Shown in pieces: positions 29,018 to 39,833 of a stretch of DNA of 64,000 nucleotides. The notes under the pieces are model-generated. The model was not told the DNA's origin, did no database searches, and saw only the letters and a program-made list of their open reading frames with translations. Source of the stretch: a virus (Duplodnaviria; Caudoviricetes); IMG/VR virus record IMGVR_UViG_3300028591_000004, positions 64,001-128,000 of that record, one strand, 5' to 3'. Every line of letters begins with the position of its first letter. The first letter of the stretch is position 1. The translations under genes and the position numbers were made by a program.

Positions 29018-30112
29018 ATGGGGAAACCAAAATCCAGAGGAAATCACACTGGATCGGTTTATAAACGCAAAAATACAGGTACTTGGACAGCTCAGATTGT
29101 TGTAGGCTGGAAGCAGTCCCAAGACGGATCTAAGCTTATTCCCATTAAGAAAACATTCGGCGGCTTTCAAACAAAGAAAGAAGCACTTGAAGCATTAAAC
29201 AGACTCCTCAACGGAGAGTCTGTTGAATATGACAATATATATCTCCATGAAGTATTTGATCTTTGGAAGAAGTCATATGAGAATAGAGTTAAACCTAAAA
29301 CGTTCAAAGGATACGAGCAGGCATATAAACACTTTTCCGATCTCCAATTTCGTAGAATAAATTCTATTACAGCAGCAGATCTTCAATCCTGTATGGATCA
29401 ATGTCCGGCGGGGAAACGAACTCATCAAATGATGAAGGTAACCGCCGGACTGATCTGGGCTTATGCCTTAAGCGCTAACATCGTCAAAAAAGATATTACA
29501 GAGAATCTGTACATCGGGAAACACCAGACGACAACAAGAGAACCTCTTACGCCAAATGATATAAAACTGATTAAGGAATCAATCGGGCAGCTTCGCTACG
29601 CAGAGTATATCTTTTGTTTATGTTATCTCGGTTTCAGACCTGGAGAATTTCTGGAAATAAAAAAAGATCAGGTAATGTCTGAGGAAATTGACAAGGAGAT
29701 TGTGTACTACATTGTTGAAGGGAAGAAAACTCAGGCTGGCATTAACAGAAAAGTTGTAATACCAAAGCAGATTCTTCCATACGTATTAGACAGATTGTTT
29801 ATTCCCGGCACGGAATATTTGTTCCCATTCTACTATTTCACAAAGAATAATGGAACGCTAATCGAATTGAGACAAATGAAAGTAAACTATTTCGAAGAAT
29901 CTGTTTTTAAAAAGATTACGTCTCAACTTGGAATAGAAGGGAAGGTCCCATATTCTGCAAGGCATTCCTATGCGGATAAATTAAAACATGCGGACGGAGA
30001 CGTGAGAGATAAAGCCGCGCTGATTGGTCACTCTGATTACTCGTTTACAAGGATGCAATATCAGAGCAGCCCACTCGAAGATTTGAAAACTGTAACAGAT
30101 TCAATCGAGTAA
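29018..30112 (+). CDS. int: Tyrosine integrase
   Basis: N-terminal arm-binding domain; GFRPGE, KT, YSARHSY, IGHSD, QY catalytic residues. Confidence 0.93.
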   Translation: MGKPKSRGNHTGSVYKRKNTGTWTAQIVVGWKQSQDGSKLIPIKKTFGGFQTKKEALEALNRLLNGESVEYDNIYLHEVFDLWKKSYENRVKPKTFKGYEQAYKHFSDLQFRRINSITAADLQSCMDQCPAGKRTHQMMKVTAGLIWAYALSANIVKKDITENLYIGKHQTTTREPLTPNDIKLIKESIGQLRYAEYIFCLCYLGFRPGEFLEIKKDQVMSEEIDKEIVYYIVEGKKTQAGINRKVVIPKQILPYVLDRLFIPGTEYLFPFYYFTKNNGTLIELRQMKVNYFEESVFKKITSQLGIEGKVPYSARHSYADKLKHADGDVRDKAALIGHSDYSFTRMQYQSSPLEDLKTVTDSIE

Positions 30113-30123
30113 AATTTCAGGTC

Positions 30124-30321
30124 TACTACCGACATACTACCGACAAAACGGCAGGCAAAATAAAAGAACCCGTTGATTTACAACGAGTTTTGGTTATCTT
30201 CGTGTAAGATTTCGAGTCAGCCCCGTTATGACCGCTTCGATACCGCTCCACTTGATTTATAATGGTTTTCGGTTGTAGTGATTTGTAAAAACTTGTTCTA
30301 CTACCGACACTACTACCGACA
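30124..30321. mobile_element. attP site with arm-type repeats
   Basis: TACTACCGACA x2 (30124-30145) and x2 (30299-30321) flanking a tRNA-derived core, directly after int. Confidence 0.85.
30208..30249 (-). other. tRNA-Ser(CGA) 5' half (att core)
   Basis: Reverse complement GGAGCGGTATCGAAGCGGTCATAACGGGGCTGACTCGAAATC; similarity stops just after the anticodon loop CT-CGA-AA. Confidence 0.85.
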
Positions 30322-30488
30322 CAACCAACTTCCGAAGAACATCTATAGCTCTTGCGGTTCGACACAGTATATCACATCCAAAATAAAAAAACAAACTGTT
30401 TCTATAATACAGAATCTGGACACCAGATTTTGTGTGTTGGGAACAGAGATCAACATCGACAGCCACAAACGAAAAAAGGAGAAATATT

Positions 30489-30770
30489 ATGAATAGAGAA
30501 AACCTGATTATGAAATTAATGGAAAAGACAAAGAATCCCGTTTCCCACTCTGACATGGATCGTATTGTACGTGGATTTATGGAAGAGATTGTAAACGCAG
30601 TAGCGAATGGCGATACCGTGTCTTTGATTGGACTTGGAACATTTAGCGCTCGTGAGCGTGCTGCTCGTACTGCTCGTAATCCGCTCACAGGGGAGAGCAT
30701 TTCCGTTCCTGCGAAGAAGGTTCCTGTGTTCAAACCGGGCACCGTGTTTAAAGCGGCCGTTAACAAGTAA
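30489..30770 (+). CDS. hup: HU family DNA-binding protein
   Basis: GLGTFS..RAARTARNPLTGE..PAKKVPVFKPG. Confidence 0.95.
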   Translation: MNRENLIMKLMEKTKNPVSHSDMDRIVRGFMEEIVNAVANGDTVSLIGLGTFSARERAARTARNPLTGESISVPAKKVPVFKPGTVFKAAVNK

Positions 30771-30814
30771 TTTTACAAATAATATTAACCGGTTGTCGAT
30801 TTGATATACATTAT

Positions 30815-30843
30815 GCCCCGCCTGGAAGTGGCGGGGCTTATTA
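30815..30843 (+). terminator. Hairpin/terminator after HU
   Basis: GCCCCGCC-tggaagt-GGCGGGGC-TTATTA. Confidence 0.55.
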
Positions 30844-30926
30844 TGTGGTGTCAGGTTCTCAGCAAAGTCATTCGAAAGAATAGCACTACTGGACTTAATT
30901 CGGCTGTTCGATTCAGTTGAGCCACG
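30844..30926 (+). ncRNA. Atypical tRNA-like RNA (T-arm plus acceptor-like stem)
   Basis: TCGGCTG-TTCGATT-CAGTTGA T-arm; TGTGGT/GCCACG closing stem; no canonical D or anticodon arm. Confidence 0.45.
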
Positions 30927-30930
30927 ATTT

Positions 30931-31037
30931 ATGCGGTGGCGGAATAGGTAAACGCTATCCGATAAGGTTTGCGGCTCTTGCGTTGCAAGGCTTCGAGATA
31001 CTTGCAAACCATGTGAGGTGCAAATCCTCACCCGCAT
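30931..31037 (+). ncRNA. tRNA-shell ncRNA TL1
   Basis: ATGCGG-TG-GCGGAATAGGTAAACGC ... AT-GTGAGG-TGCAAAT-CCTCAC-CCGCAT. Confidence 0.75.
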
Positions 31038-31736
31038 TTTAATACTCAAGGAGATAAACATAATGAATACATGTGATAAATGTCCATGCATTGGAAACAG
31101 TTTTTGTTATATTGAAAACGGAGAACCAAAGCCAGATAAATGTCTGCTTATGAATGGAGGCCCTAATGAAAAAGCGAACATACAAACGATTACAGAATCG
31201 ATTGTACAGAGAAATCAAACGAAGACTGATTCTTGAACAAATTCTTGAACGAACACGGCCTCTAAAGGCAGAAATATTCAAATCGTACCAGCAGCATATC
31301 GATACTATCAAGATCAAAAGAGATGTTCCGCTCGAGATAATTGAGAAAAACAAAGAAGCGTTAGCTTATTTTAAAGAAGAACTTGCACAAACAATGAGCA
31401 GGCAGTTGTTAGCAGATGGTTATATATCATTTAATACCGAAGTATTAAATTACAATTCCGGCCCAATATTTGAAATTGCAGCATTATTGAACGTTATAAA
31501 ACAAAAGGACTGATGCAAATAAAACGTGGGCTGTATCGTAAATTAAAGAAAGGCAAATGTACAGGATGCGATCATCCTGCTTACGCGCCAAGTAAAAATG
31601 TTAATCCATACAGAGCTTGTCGAAAATGCTGGAAGGACTCAACCAAAAGAAAAGATAAATATCCAAGCTTCCTGCGCTGTGAATGACAACGCATTTTATA
31701 TAGGAAGAAATTTTTTATTTCAGGAGGACTCATAAT

Positions 31737-32318
31737 ATGAATATGGGTAATTGGAATGTCAACGTTAACACAAAGGGCTTGCCTCAGAAAGTTGCTTCTG
31801 CAATGTCTTCTCTGGGTGATACCATCATGGGAGCTCAATACGAAATGATTGCTTATCTTGGTTCTCAAATCGTAAATGGAACAAACCATGCAGTCTTGGC
31901 AAAACAGACAATCGTGACTGGCAGAGATACTGAAAACATAGTTCTGTTGATTTTTAATGAAAAGCCCAACGATCCTGAAGCCAGCCTTGTTTCTATTGAA
32001 CGAGTAGTAGAAAGCGGATCTCCTATGGGAGGTACAAAGGTAGACGTACATATTAATATTCCTGCTGATGCTCAGGCTGAGTGGAATGATGCGTTTATGG
32101 GATTTGTCGGCTCCGATATTGAACCTTTCGCATTGCTTGGAACTCAGATCGTCAAGGGCGTGAACTACATCTTTGCGGCTGAAATGTCTCCTCTGACAAC
32201 AGAACCAAAGAAGGAAGCTGTTCTGGTCATTGTCAATGGACTGACTAAGCGTGTTTCTTTCGTTGATATTCTCAGCAACAAACATCAATCTGGCCTTGGG
32301 TATGCCTTCACCTGGTAA
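31737..32318 (+). CDS. Two-domain protein with cystatin-like QxVxG motifs
   Basis: Internal duplication LGSQIVNGTNH / LGTQIVKGVNY; RBS AGGAGG; own terminator. Confidence 0.65.
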   Translation: MNMGNWNVNVNTKGLPQKVASAMSSLGDTIMGAQYEMIAYLGSQIVNGTNHAVLAKQTIVTGRDTENIVLLIFNEKPNDPEASLVSIERVVESGSPMGGTKVDVHINIPADAQAEWNDAFMGFVGSDIEPFALLGTQIVKGVNYIFAAEMSPLTTEPKKEAVLVIVNGLTKRVSFVDILSNKHQSGLGYAFTW

Positions 32319-32323
32319 TATTT

Positions 32324-32343
32324 AGGGGCTTCGGCCCCTTTTT
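32324..32343 (+). terminator. Intrinsic terminator
   Basis: AGGGGC-TTCG-GCCCCT-TTTT. Confidence 0.85.
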
Positions 32344-32344
32344 A

Positions 32345-32462
32345 TCGCATCGTAGTTTAAAGCAAATAGGGACGCCGAAAGCTGATATATATTTCAGACG
32401 TGAGATATTGATCAGGGAAAAACACCGACGGGAAGATGAGAGTTCGAGTCTCTCCGATGCGA
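32345..32462 (+). ncRNA. tRNA-like RNA with expanded D-loop and vestigial anticodon arm
   Basis: TCGCATCG/CGATGCGA acceptor; GAGAG-TTCGAGT-CTCTC T-arm; GTTT..AAAC D-stem enclosing about 60 nt. Confidence 0.65.
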
Positions 32463-33133
32463 CTATTAAATCTAAGGAGAAAAATAATGAAGCTAGAAGA
32501 AATTATAAAAGGATTAGAAATTGAAAAAGAATGTGTAAGCAGAGACTGCAATAGAGACTGTGCTAATTGCGATATTGTGCAAGAAAAGGATTGGCTGTTG
32601 GATGTGTATCGATCCGCAATCAATACACTTAAAGAGCAAAATAAAGCCCTGAAGTTGATGGCTTTTCAATATTGCACGATGGGATTCGGCAATGATATTA
32701 CTTTTCATAATCGTTGTATGACTGCCGGAGAACATGCTTTTAAAACGTTAGGAATTGAAAACGGACAAAAGGTACCAGAAGACTGGATTGATTAAGGAGC
32801 CATGAAATGAAGGTTGGAGATTACATAGGTGGTTTATATCCAACAGAAAAAGACGGAAAACGTTTCTGGCGATTATGTGATTCGAAAATCACAAAGATAG
32901 TCCAGAACAGCCGCGGTACAAAAGTTTATTCAAAGCGATTCTATCCGTTAGAGATTGAAGAAATTGAAGATGCTACAAAAACTATGACAGAAGCAAAAGG
33001 TTGGATTAATACAAGAGATGTAGTTGAACTAACTCCGGAACTTAGATTGAAATGTGAGCGCTGGGTTGAGTGGGCAAATAACAACCCGGATAAAGCTGTT
33101 GGTTTGATTAACGAAGGATAGGAGAGAAATTAT

Positions 33134-33748
33134 ATGAGTTGGTGGACACACATCAAGGGAGTTGTTGAAGTCGACGTTCGTGGTCGTACACAGGCCGAGA
33201 TTCGATATGTACTGGAATCGGTACTTGATCATCTGCCTCGGGTTACGGGGTCAGAAGGCGATATGAATGTTTATATTACACAGGAAGCTGGACACAACAG
33301 TTCCAGCTCTTGCGATGAATTCGGCCTCCACACCAATAACCTGAAAGATATGTATGGATATAAATCACAGGAAAATGGATGGCTTCAAACTCAAAGCCAA
33401 TATATGTTGACGGTGGAAGGTGACTTACGTGATCGTGAATTCGAACAGACCAAACGTGAGTTCATGAAATGGTTATGCCGACTGGCTAAAAGAATACGCA
33501 TAGACGCTATTGTTATGAAGCTGTGGGCATACGACCAATCTATTGTGATTTCCGACGCCTCACCGTACGACAATATGTATGAATGGCAAGATGGAGAGAA
33601 GCGGTGGACGGATTATTTAATGTGGGAACGAGATCCCATTAGCTACTGGCCTTTAAAACTGGCTGACAAATATTTCGATGACAGATATATCAAACAAGAA
33701 TTAAAACGACGCATTGATTGGAATGAAAGCTGTACAGGAGAAGAATGA
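33134..33748 (+). CDS. Conserved phage hypothetical protein
   Basis: MSWWTHIKG..LPRVTGSEGDM..VEGDLRDR. Confidence 0.65.
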   Translation: MSWWTHIKGVVEVDVRGRTQAEIRYVLESVLDHLPRVTGSEGDMNVYITQEAGHNSSSSCDEFGLHTNNLKDMYGYKSQENGWLQTQSQYMLTVEGDLRDREFEQTKREFMKWLCRLAKRIRIDAIVMKLWAYDQSIVISDASPYDNMYEWQDGEKRWTDYLMWERDPISYWPLKLADKYFDDRYIKQELKRRIDWNESCTGEE

Positions 33749-33751
33749 TGC

Positions 33752-33985
33752 ATGAATGAAGCAGGATATCGCCGCCGTCATGAAAGAGTAGAACGCAAAT
33801 GGAAGAGGTTGAAACCTAAAGCAAAACATTGTCCAAACTGCCGTTGCCATTCTATTGGATTAAATGATTTTTATTTTCGTAAATTTAAAAGATTCTTTCT
33901 TGAATGTGAAAATTGTCATTGGTGTGGGAAAAGTTATCCAACAATTAGAATGGCAATAAGAAGCTGGAATAAGGAGAGAGCATGA
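33752..33985 (+). CDS. Lar-like Zn-finger protein
   Basis: CPNC..CENC..AIRSWN. Confidence 0.5.
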   Translation: MNEAGYRRRHERVERKWKRLKPKAKHCPNCRCHSIGLNDFYFRKFKRFFLECENCHWCGKSYPTIRMAIRSWNKERA

Positions 33986-35152
33986 TTGAATACACGTTAA
34001 AATTAAACAGTCAACAGGTTGCCAATATTCTTAAGGCGATTGACTTGTTGATGCGAATCAAAATAAATCAACCCGAAGAAATCAGCCGGGATCTTCTGGA
34101 GGGAATGTATGACCGCATCGGTGTTGATGAGGTTTGCAGGCGTCGTGATAAAGCAAATGAATATCTCCGTTTGGCTTTTCTGGAAATCTTTCCGTCCTGG
34201 GATGAGGTAAACAAAGACGATGAATGGTATAGCCTTTACAACATATTACAGGCATTGAGATACCAACGACATCTGGCAGAATTTCCAAATAGTAAAGGCG
34301 TTGATGCTTATCCTCCGATGCAATTTGGAGGGGAGCCAATTCCTGAATGTACATGGGAGGACAAATAATATGACGTGGGAAGAGCATAAAAAGAAGACAA
34401 CCCCTCTTGAATATATTGGACTCAAGGAAACCGACATTGAATGCCCTAACTGTGGCAAGAAAATTTACAAGCGCACTGATATAGTTCTGACTTCGTATCC
34501 TCCGACTTATAGGTACGAATGTAAATCTTGTGACTGGTATGGATTTGCAAACACTTAAAGGAGAGCAAAATGACGAATTTTGAATATTTTTGTAACGGTG
34601 ATACTGAAGCCGAAGTAATGGAGCAAGAATGGCGTGAGCAACAAAGGCAGAGAGAATACGCCGCTCAAGTGGAATACGAACGGCAGATGATGGAAGCTTA
34701 CGACGCCTATTGCGCACAAGAGGAATATTATGACCAAGAGTGATTTGGATTGGTTCTGGAAAGACCCACACAACTACGAAACTGATTATATCGTAGGGAC
34801 GATCACAGATAATGATCTTATTCAAACAAATGCGTTGGTTGAAATTGCGAAATGTCTCCATGGAATCATGCAACAGCTCGCAGAAATGAATCGTTATTTA
34901 CCGCCGGAAGAGTAATCATGAAGGAAAGACTCTTAGATAAGCTTAAACGCGAATTCCGTGAATGGAGAATTCGGCAGCTGAATCGCATTATCCAGAAAGC
35001 CGTAGAGAAGAAAGATGATTTAAGCTATCAAACGTTCATGATTTACACATGGGCACTGGACGAAACAACAGACTATCACCTGATTGCTGAGAGAAGCTAT
35101 CCGGATCATAGGATCTACGGAATGGAAACAACATGGTATAAGGAGAAACAAG

Positions 35153-35605
35153 ATGACAGGAATCCTGATGTCAATTAAGCCTGAATGGTGCAAGAAAATC
35201 ATTACGGGTGAAAAGACTATTGAGGTGCGGAAAACCAAGCCGGAACAGATACGTTTACCATTCCCTGTATATGTCTATGCAACCTTCGGTGGTGAAAATT
35301 GGTTTCGCTTTGGAGAGCATATGTCTGGACATGTGATTGGTCGGTTTATATGCGATGATATCAAATATTATTCCATCCCGTATCCGGCATGGAACACGGA
35401 AACAGATCCGGAACTGATCGAGAAGTCATGCGTGAACTATACCAGGCTTCATAACTATGCTGAACCGCAGGGATGTGTATACGGCTGGCATATAAAAGAT
35501 TTTGAATTGTATGATCAGCCGTTGCCGGTTGGTTTTTTCCTGGATAGCAAAGGGATGAACTTCAAACGTGCCCCGCAGTCATGGGGGTATGCAATCAAAT
35601 GTTAA
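35153..35605 (+). CDS. ASCH-domain protein
   Basis: ILMSIKPEWCKKIITGEKTIEVRKT..APQSWGY. Confidence 0.85.
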   Translation: MTGILMSIKPEWCKKIITGEKTIEVRKTKPEQIRLPFPVYVYATFGGENWFRFGEHMSGHVIGRFICDDIKYYSIPYPAWNTETDPELIEKSCVNYTRLHNYAEPQGCVYGWHIKDFELYDQPLPVGFFLDSKGMNFKRAPQSWGYAIKC

Positions 35606-36625
35606 GCACAAAAATATTAAAAGCATATTACCATGTAAGATTAATTGTTTTGAATATGGAGTTGTGGTTCTTAAGAGGCTTGCGCAAAGTCATTAGAAAG
35701 ATAATCAATCTTACTGAACGATATTGTCAAAGGAGAAAGAAATGCCAAATTACGTGATTGATCCTCAGGTTTTTTATTGGATGAATGTTTTTGGAATTTT
35801 ACAGACAGTTTTAGCAGTATTTGGCGGAGCATGTGTAATAGCATTCTTCGGCTTAGCGAGCGGATGGGTATACAATTCGTGCGAAGTCAAAAAAGGTTAC
35901 GATAGCAATTTGTTTTACCTGAAAGCATGTAAAAGATGGGCCATTGTAACAGGAATAATCGGTTTTGTTCTTGTCACAGCGGCGATTTTTATTCCCGGAA
36001 GAACAACGAGTATTGAAATGATGATCGCGAAGGCTGCTACGTTTGATAACGTTAATTGGACAGTTCAGCAAGTTAAAGAAGTCGTAGATTATATTGTTCA
36101 GGCGATTAAAGGCATATAGTGAAAAGAGGACGATTTAATGGTTATGTTTGTAATCGGATTGTTGATTGGTGTAGTAGTTACTGTTTTCACTATAGCTGTA
36201 ACAACAGCGAACAACGATAGAAAACAATAACCGATAAAGGAGAAAAAATGCGAGACGAATGTCATGATGAAACAGGCATGATTATCAAACCGTTTGAAAA
36301 ATGCGAGCGGTGTTCAGATTTTCCATGCAGAGAGTTGTGCAGAGCGTTGCAAGCTATTATCGACGGGGAAAACTAACTTTAATAACACTAAATAACACCT
36401 TAAATACGGAGGTTAAACTATATGTCTAACAAGAAATTTCCAAGAGATTGCCCACATGATTGCCCACATTTTCATGCGTGGGATATGTCGGTCGATGATT
36501 GGACTTGTGTATGCGATTTGTTGCAAGTACAAATTGATGAATGCGACGAGGATTTCAAGTTTATGTATTGTCCACAAAATAGCGAAACTTAAATAACACT
36601 TTAACTGATGTGGAAGGAAATTTAG

Positions 36626-37111
36626 ATGAAGGGCTTAATTATGATTGGCTATCAGGGAATCGGAAAGAGTTCTTGTGCCGGGAAAGAAAACTGCATCGAT
36701 CTGGAAAGTGGAAGTTTCTGGATTGGAGATCATCGTGCAGAAGACTGGTATATCCCGTATTGCAATATTGCTTTGCACCTTGCTGATCAAGGATACACAG
36801 TGTTTACCAGCTCGCACAAAGTTGTTGTTGACTACCTGAAATCTGTTCCTTTGATGGAGAATATCGGGAAAGTTGTTGTGTTCTGTCCAGAAGGTAGATT
36901 CAAGAAAGAATGGATTGCCAGATTACAGGAACGGTACGACCGAACCGGATTAAATAAGGACTACAAAGCCTTGATGAATGCGAAAGACAGATTCACTGAA
37001 GATATCCATAATCTTGTGAATTGTGGGCTTCCTGTTTATCAACCGGGATGGTATGCGGATTATGATTTAATGGACTATGTTCATAAGGCAAGATATGACT
37101 GGTGTTATTAA
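36626..37111 (+). CDS. P-loop NTPase/kinase-like protein
   Basis: IGYQGIGKSS; IDLESG. Confidence 0.7.
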   Translation: MKGLIMIGYQGIGKSSCAGKENCIDLESGSFWIGDHRAEDWYIPYCNIALHLADQGYTVFTSSHKVVVDYLKSVPLMENIGKVVVFCPEGRFKKEWIARLQERYDRTGLNKDYKALMNAKDRFTEDIHNLVNCGLPVYQPGWYADYDLMDYVHKARYDWCY

Positions 37112-38719
37112 ACTGCAATCAGATTCAACAGAAAGGAACAACACATTATCAATGCTTAAGACCTTATGTAATGATTGTCAGTACCGAAAAGGAATCGAAT
37201 GCACGGCTGGTTTTTGCTGTCCATATGATATAAGTTATTATCAAAATAAGCAGATGCTATACAACCGAAAAGAAAAAATAAACATATGGAACAACACAAA
37301 TGGTAAAGCAAATCAATATTTTGTTTGTAAAGGCGAACGAGTTTTGTTTTGGATTCCAAATTGGATTGGTCGAATCTTAAAAAAATAAAATAATTGGAGG
37401 ATTAACATGAAAACTTTATATGAATTTGAAACTGCGTTCCAGGAACTAATGGATACTGCTTTAAACATACTTTCTCCCAGCCAATTCGAACAGCTTAAAG
37501 ATTCTGTCTCTATGATTCTCAACGATTATGAAGAATGAGATTGTTAAGATGGAAGAGCTTACGATTTCATTTGATAAGTTAATACATCCAGATTTGGAAG
37601 CCATAAAAAAGCGAGATGCTTTTCTGTCAGATGAACATATGGATGAAATAGACAAGCTTTTATTGGATAATATCCAAGAGACAACAAGCCAAAAATAATG
37701 ATATATATTTAACTTACATGATGACAATATTAATGTTTAGGGAGATCTGAATTTGTCAAAAATCAAAAAAGCATCTCTTTTAATTGCGTTCATTGTTTTT
37801 TCTATTGTTTTATCGGGATGTGTTAAAACAACAGATTATAAAGGCATAGAACGTACAGTTGAATACGGGCTGGTTGAAATCGAATCTGTAAGTGGAGATG
37901 GTCAGTTTACAGTATGCTATGACCCCACCACAATGGTTTGCTATATGAAAATATCGAGACTTTATGGAATAGGAATAAGTCCATATTACATCATTGGAGA
38001 AGATGGAAAACCGGAAATCGCTATATACGGAGTGAATTATCGATGAACAAAAATCAAAGACGCAACGAGCTTATTGCAAGACTTGCAGTTCTTATAGCTG
38101 ATACAGAATGGTCTGAGATTGTAGATCTGTCACCAGAAGATGCTCGGGATATTTTTGAATTGTTGAAAGAACAAGCTGAAGCCGTTCGGTGCGAAAGCTG
38201 CAAATTGTCGGGAAGCTAATTTTGTGACTGACGGAATAAGTCGTGGAGTTTAAGTATGACAAAGGAATATATTGTTGAAGTTTGTAACGATCTGGTGATA
38301 AATGCTTTTGACCGTTTTGAAAACGACTGGTCACCAGATGAATTGATTCGGTGTAAAGATTGTAAATACGGAACACCTATTATGAAATATGGTGCAATAC
38401 CACTTATTTTATGTCGAGGAACAGATCATGACTTGAATTGGTTTTGCGCCGACGGAAAACGCAAAGAAGCAGAGCCCGGGAAGGAAGCACAGCCAGAATG
38501 AGCAATTTGGAACATTTAGTTGAAAACGGATTGTGTCTTCTCAGCGAAGGAAAATCCTACAAAGAATGGCGCGATATAATGCAGGACGACTGCAATTGGG
38601 AAAACAATGAAAATATAACCCTCGATAATCTTTGGGAAATTTGTCAATACGTCATATTTGTATGGGATGTATATAAATAGACTATAGGTTTTAAAAAAGT
38701 AAAAGGGAACGTATCTTAA

Positions 38720-38887
38720 TTGATGCCGTGACGGAATAGGTAGACGGGTTAGCGGGAGATAGCCAGCTGGGCAGAAGTAGCGCTACTGTTCGAAGATAAG
38801 GGGCAAGCTCGGAAGAATGAGAAGCCCATGCGACCCGACATCTTGCTAAAGGCTATCATGAAAGGTGCAAATCCTTTCCGGCATCAA
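38720..38887 (+). ncRNA. tRNA-shell ncRNA TL2
   Basis: TTGATGCCG-TG-ACGGAATAGGTAGACG ... AT-GAAAGG-TGCAAAT-CCTTTC-CGGCATCAA; compensatory changes relative to TL1. Confidence 0.75.
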
Positions 38888-38908
38888 ACTTAAATAACAC
38901 ATTAATTA

Positions 38909-39046
38909 ATGCGGTGACGGAAAAGGTAGACGTAACTATTGGGAAGATGTGCCCACGACAGCAGAGAAGCGTAATGCGGTGAAGTATGACCCCGTTCGGT
39001 AAACGACAAAAGGCGCATCATGTGAGGTGCAAATCCTCACCCGTAT
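38909..39046 (+). ncRNA. tRNA-shell ncRNA TL3
   Basis: ATGCGG-TG-ACGGAAAAGGTAGACGT ... GATGTGCC/GGCGCATC-AT-GTGAGG-TGCAAAT-CCTCAC-CCGTAT. Confidence 0.75.
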
Positions 39047-39689
39047 AATATTACTTTAAATAGGAGTTTTCCATGGAAACATTAGCAATCATTCAAACCG
39101 TTTGTCTTGTGTGGATAGCCGCTGCGACAGTTATAACTGCTGTTAATTCGTTTTTTAAATAGCATATTGTAAGTTATGGTTGTTGCGACAGATGGGGAAC
39201 GGGCAACGTAATTGGTGGGCGTCCATAACTTAAATAACACCTTAATCGGAGGAAAAAATGACAGTAGAAGAATTGATCTCGGCATTGATAGATATGCCAA
39301 AGAACGCAAAGGTGATTGTTGTTGAACCCTTTCTGCAAGGAGTAAATATTAAGAACGTTAAGAACGTAGCTATCAACGATAATGAGCTCGGTAAAGGAAA
39401 AGTAAAAATATACACAGTTTAAATAACACTTTAAGCAATAAAATAAACGAGGAAAAAATGACTGAGAAAACTAATAACGGATGGAATAAATTCAAATGCT
39501 GGTTGTTTGGACATAAACTTACATGCTGTGGAGATATTTTAAAAAGATGCTCTACGTGCCACGAAAAAGGACGTGTCTATCCAGACGCTTGTAATTCATG
39601 TAATCGACGAGCAGGATGCAAAGACGGAACCGATTTGTCCACTCGTAATTGCGGTATGAAAAAGTCTTATTTTGAAGCAGGAGGTTCAC

Positions 39690-39833
39690 ATGCCATGTAA
39701 AAGATGTGGATACGCAAAATATCGAATGATTCACTATAAAAATGGACATAGATGCTCATGTGTCAAATGCGGATATTGCACTAAACTCAAAGAAACTCCT
39801 GAACTTGCTATTGAAGCGTGGAATCAAAGATGA
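39690..39833 (+). CDS. Small Lar-like Zn-finger protein (not in ORF track)
   Basis: MPCKRCG..CVKCG..AIEAWNQR; RBS AGGAGG. Confidence 0.55.
   Translation: MPCKRCGYAKYRMIHYKNGHRCSCVKCGYCTKLKETPELAIEAWNQR

Noticed and set aside
30208-30249. Functional tRNA-Ser gene
   Set aside because: Only the 5' half is present; no variable arm, T-arm or 3' acceptor strand.
30931-31037. TL elements as canonical or intron-containing tRNA-Leu, or as tmRNA
   Set aside because: No 7-nt anticodon loop on a 5-bp stem, non-canonical T-loop, inserts too short and heterogeneous for group I introns, and no tag ORF or tmRNA-type ends recognised.
31581-32288. 235-aa minus-strand ORF (also 34082-34873)
   Set aside because: Antisense to well-formed plus-strand genes with RBSs in a uniformly plus-strand region.
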